Shown: positions 56,322 through 56,723 of the stretch, piece by piece | Layout of the letters: every line of letters begins with the position of its first letter | Position numbering within the stretch: the first letter of the stretch is position 1 | NCBI GenBank assembly: GCA_016235455.1 | Contig: JACRKZ010000074.1 | Location: 1 to 56,723, forward strand | Reading direction: 5' to 3' | DNA: 56,723 nucleotides | From: Armatimonadota bacterium | Lineage (GTDB): Bacteria; Armatimonadota; UBA10988 | The notes under the pieces: generated by a model | The model's input: the letters and a program-made list of their open reading frames with translations, nothing else | Databases searched by the model: none | What the model was told of the DNA's origin: nothing | Position numbers and translations under genes: made by a program

Positions 56322-56723
56322 ATGAACCGTGCCCTGACCAGCCTGCTACCCGCCGCCATGCTCGCCGCCTCGCCGGCCTGGTCCGCCGATGGCCCACGGC
56401 CCGGCGCCGCCAACACCGACTGGTTCGTCCAAGCCGGCTACGGCGTGTTCGTGCACTATCTCAATGACGTGCAGAACAACCCGAGCACCATCCAGAGCCT
56501 CGGGCGCCAGACCACCTGGGACGAGTGCGTGCGCGAGTTCGACACCGAGCGCTTCGCCCAGTCCATGGCCGAGGCCGGCGCGGGCTATGTCATCTTCACC
56601 ATGCACCAGCGCACGCGGTTCCTCATCGCGCCCAACGCCGCGTTCGACCGCATCACCGGCTACAAGCCGGGCGAGGCCTGCGCCACGCGCGATCTGGTGG
56701 AGGATCTGTACCAGTCGCTGCAC
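56322..56723 (+). CDS. secreted alpha-L-fucosidase-like (GH29-like) protein, truncated by the window end
   Basis: Own translation: signal peptide, WF..AGYGVFVHY, FDTERFA, AGAGYVIFT, RDLV. Confidence 0.65.
   Translation, partial: MNRALTSLLPAAMLAASPAWSADGPRPGAANTDWFVQAGYGVFVHYLNDVQNNPSTIQSLGRQTTWDECVREFDTERFAQSMAEAGAGYVIFTMHQRTRFLIAPNAAFDRITGYKPGEACATRDLVEDLYQSLH

Noticed and set aside
1-56723. tRNA, rRNA, integrase, transposase or prophage genes
   Set aside because: None recognisable by eye on either strand

Overview
High-GC (roughly 70% by eye) bacterial chromosomal segment with about 41 protein-coding genes. It is probably from Armatimonadota or a similar lineage, inferred from the H-X9-DG prepilin gene and STN-like secreted proteins. 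I found no rRNA, tRNA, CRISPR array or transposase. In order: sugar oxidation/dehydration genes; a three-gene orphan cluster with an exported SFG-repeat protein; tandem Zn-ribbon membrane paralogs; a GH2 plus carbohydrate ABC transporter whose first permease is broken by an apparent deletion/frameshift; tandem fatty acid desaturases; a minus-strand block with a Ser/Thr kinase-class III cyclase fusion, a lipoprotein serpin with an atypical hinge, a CYTH enzyme, a Zn-ribbon protein and a thioester alpha-2-macroglobulin; an orphan histidine kinase; several glycoside hydrolases; nth; and a B12 radical SAM enzyme. The most striking part is a porin-cytochrome (MtrA/MtrB-like) locus with a divergent multiheme lipoprotein, back-to-back sigma54-type promoters, an adjacent secretin-like gene and a nearby metallophosphoesterase-tetraheme fusion. 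A compositionally distinct run of secreted orphan genes lies at about 51.3-55 kb. All calls rest on visual motif recognition; no searches were run.
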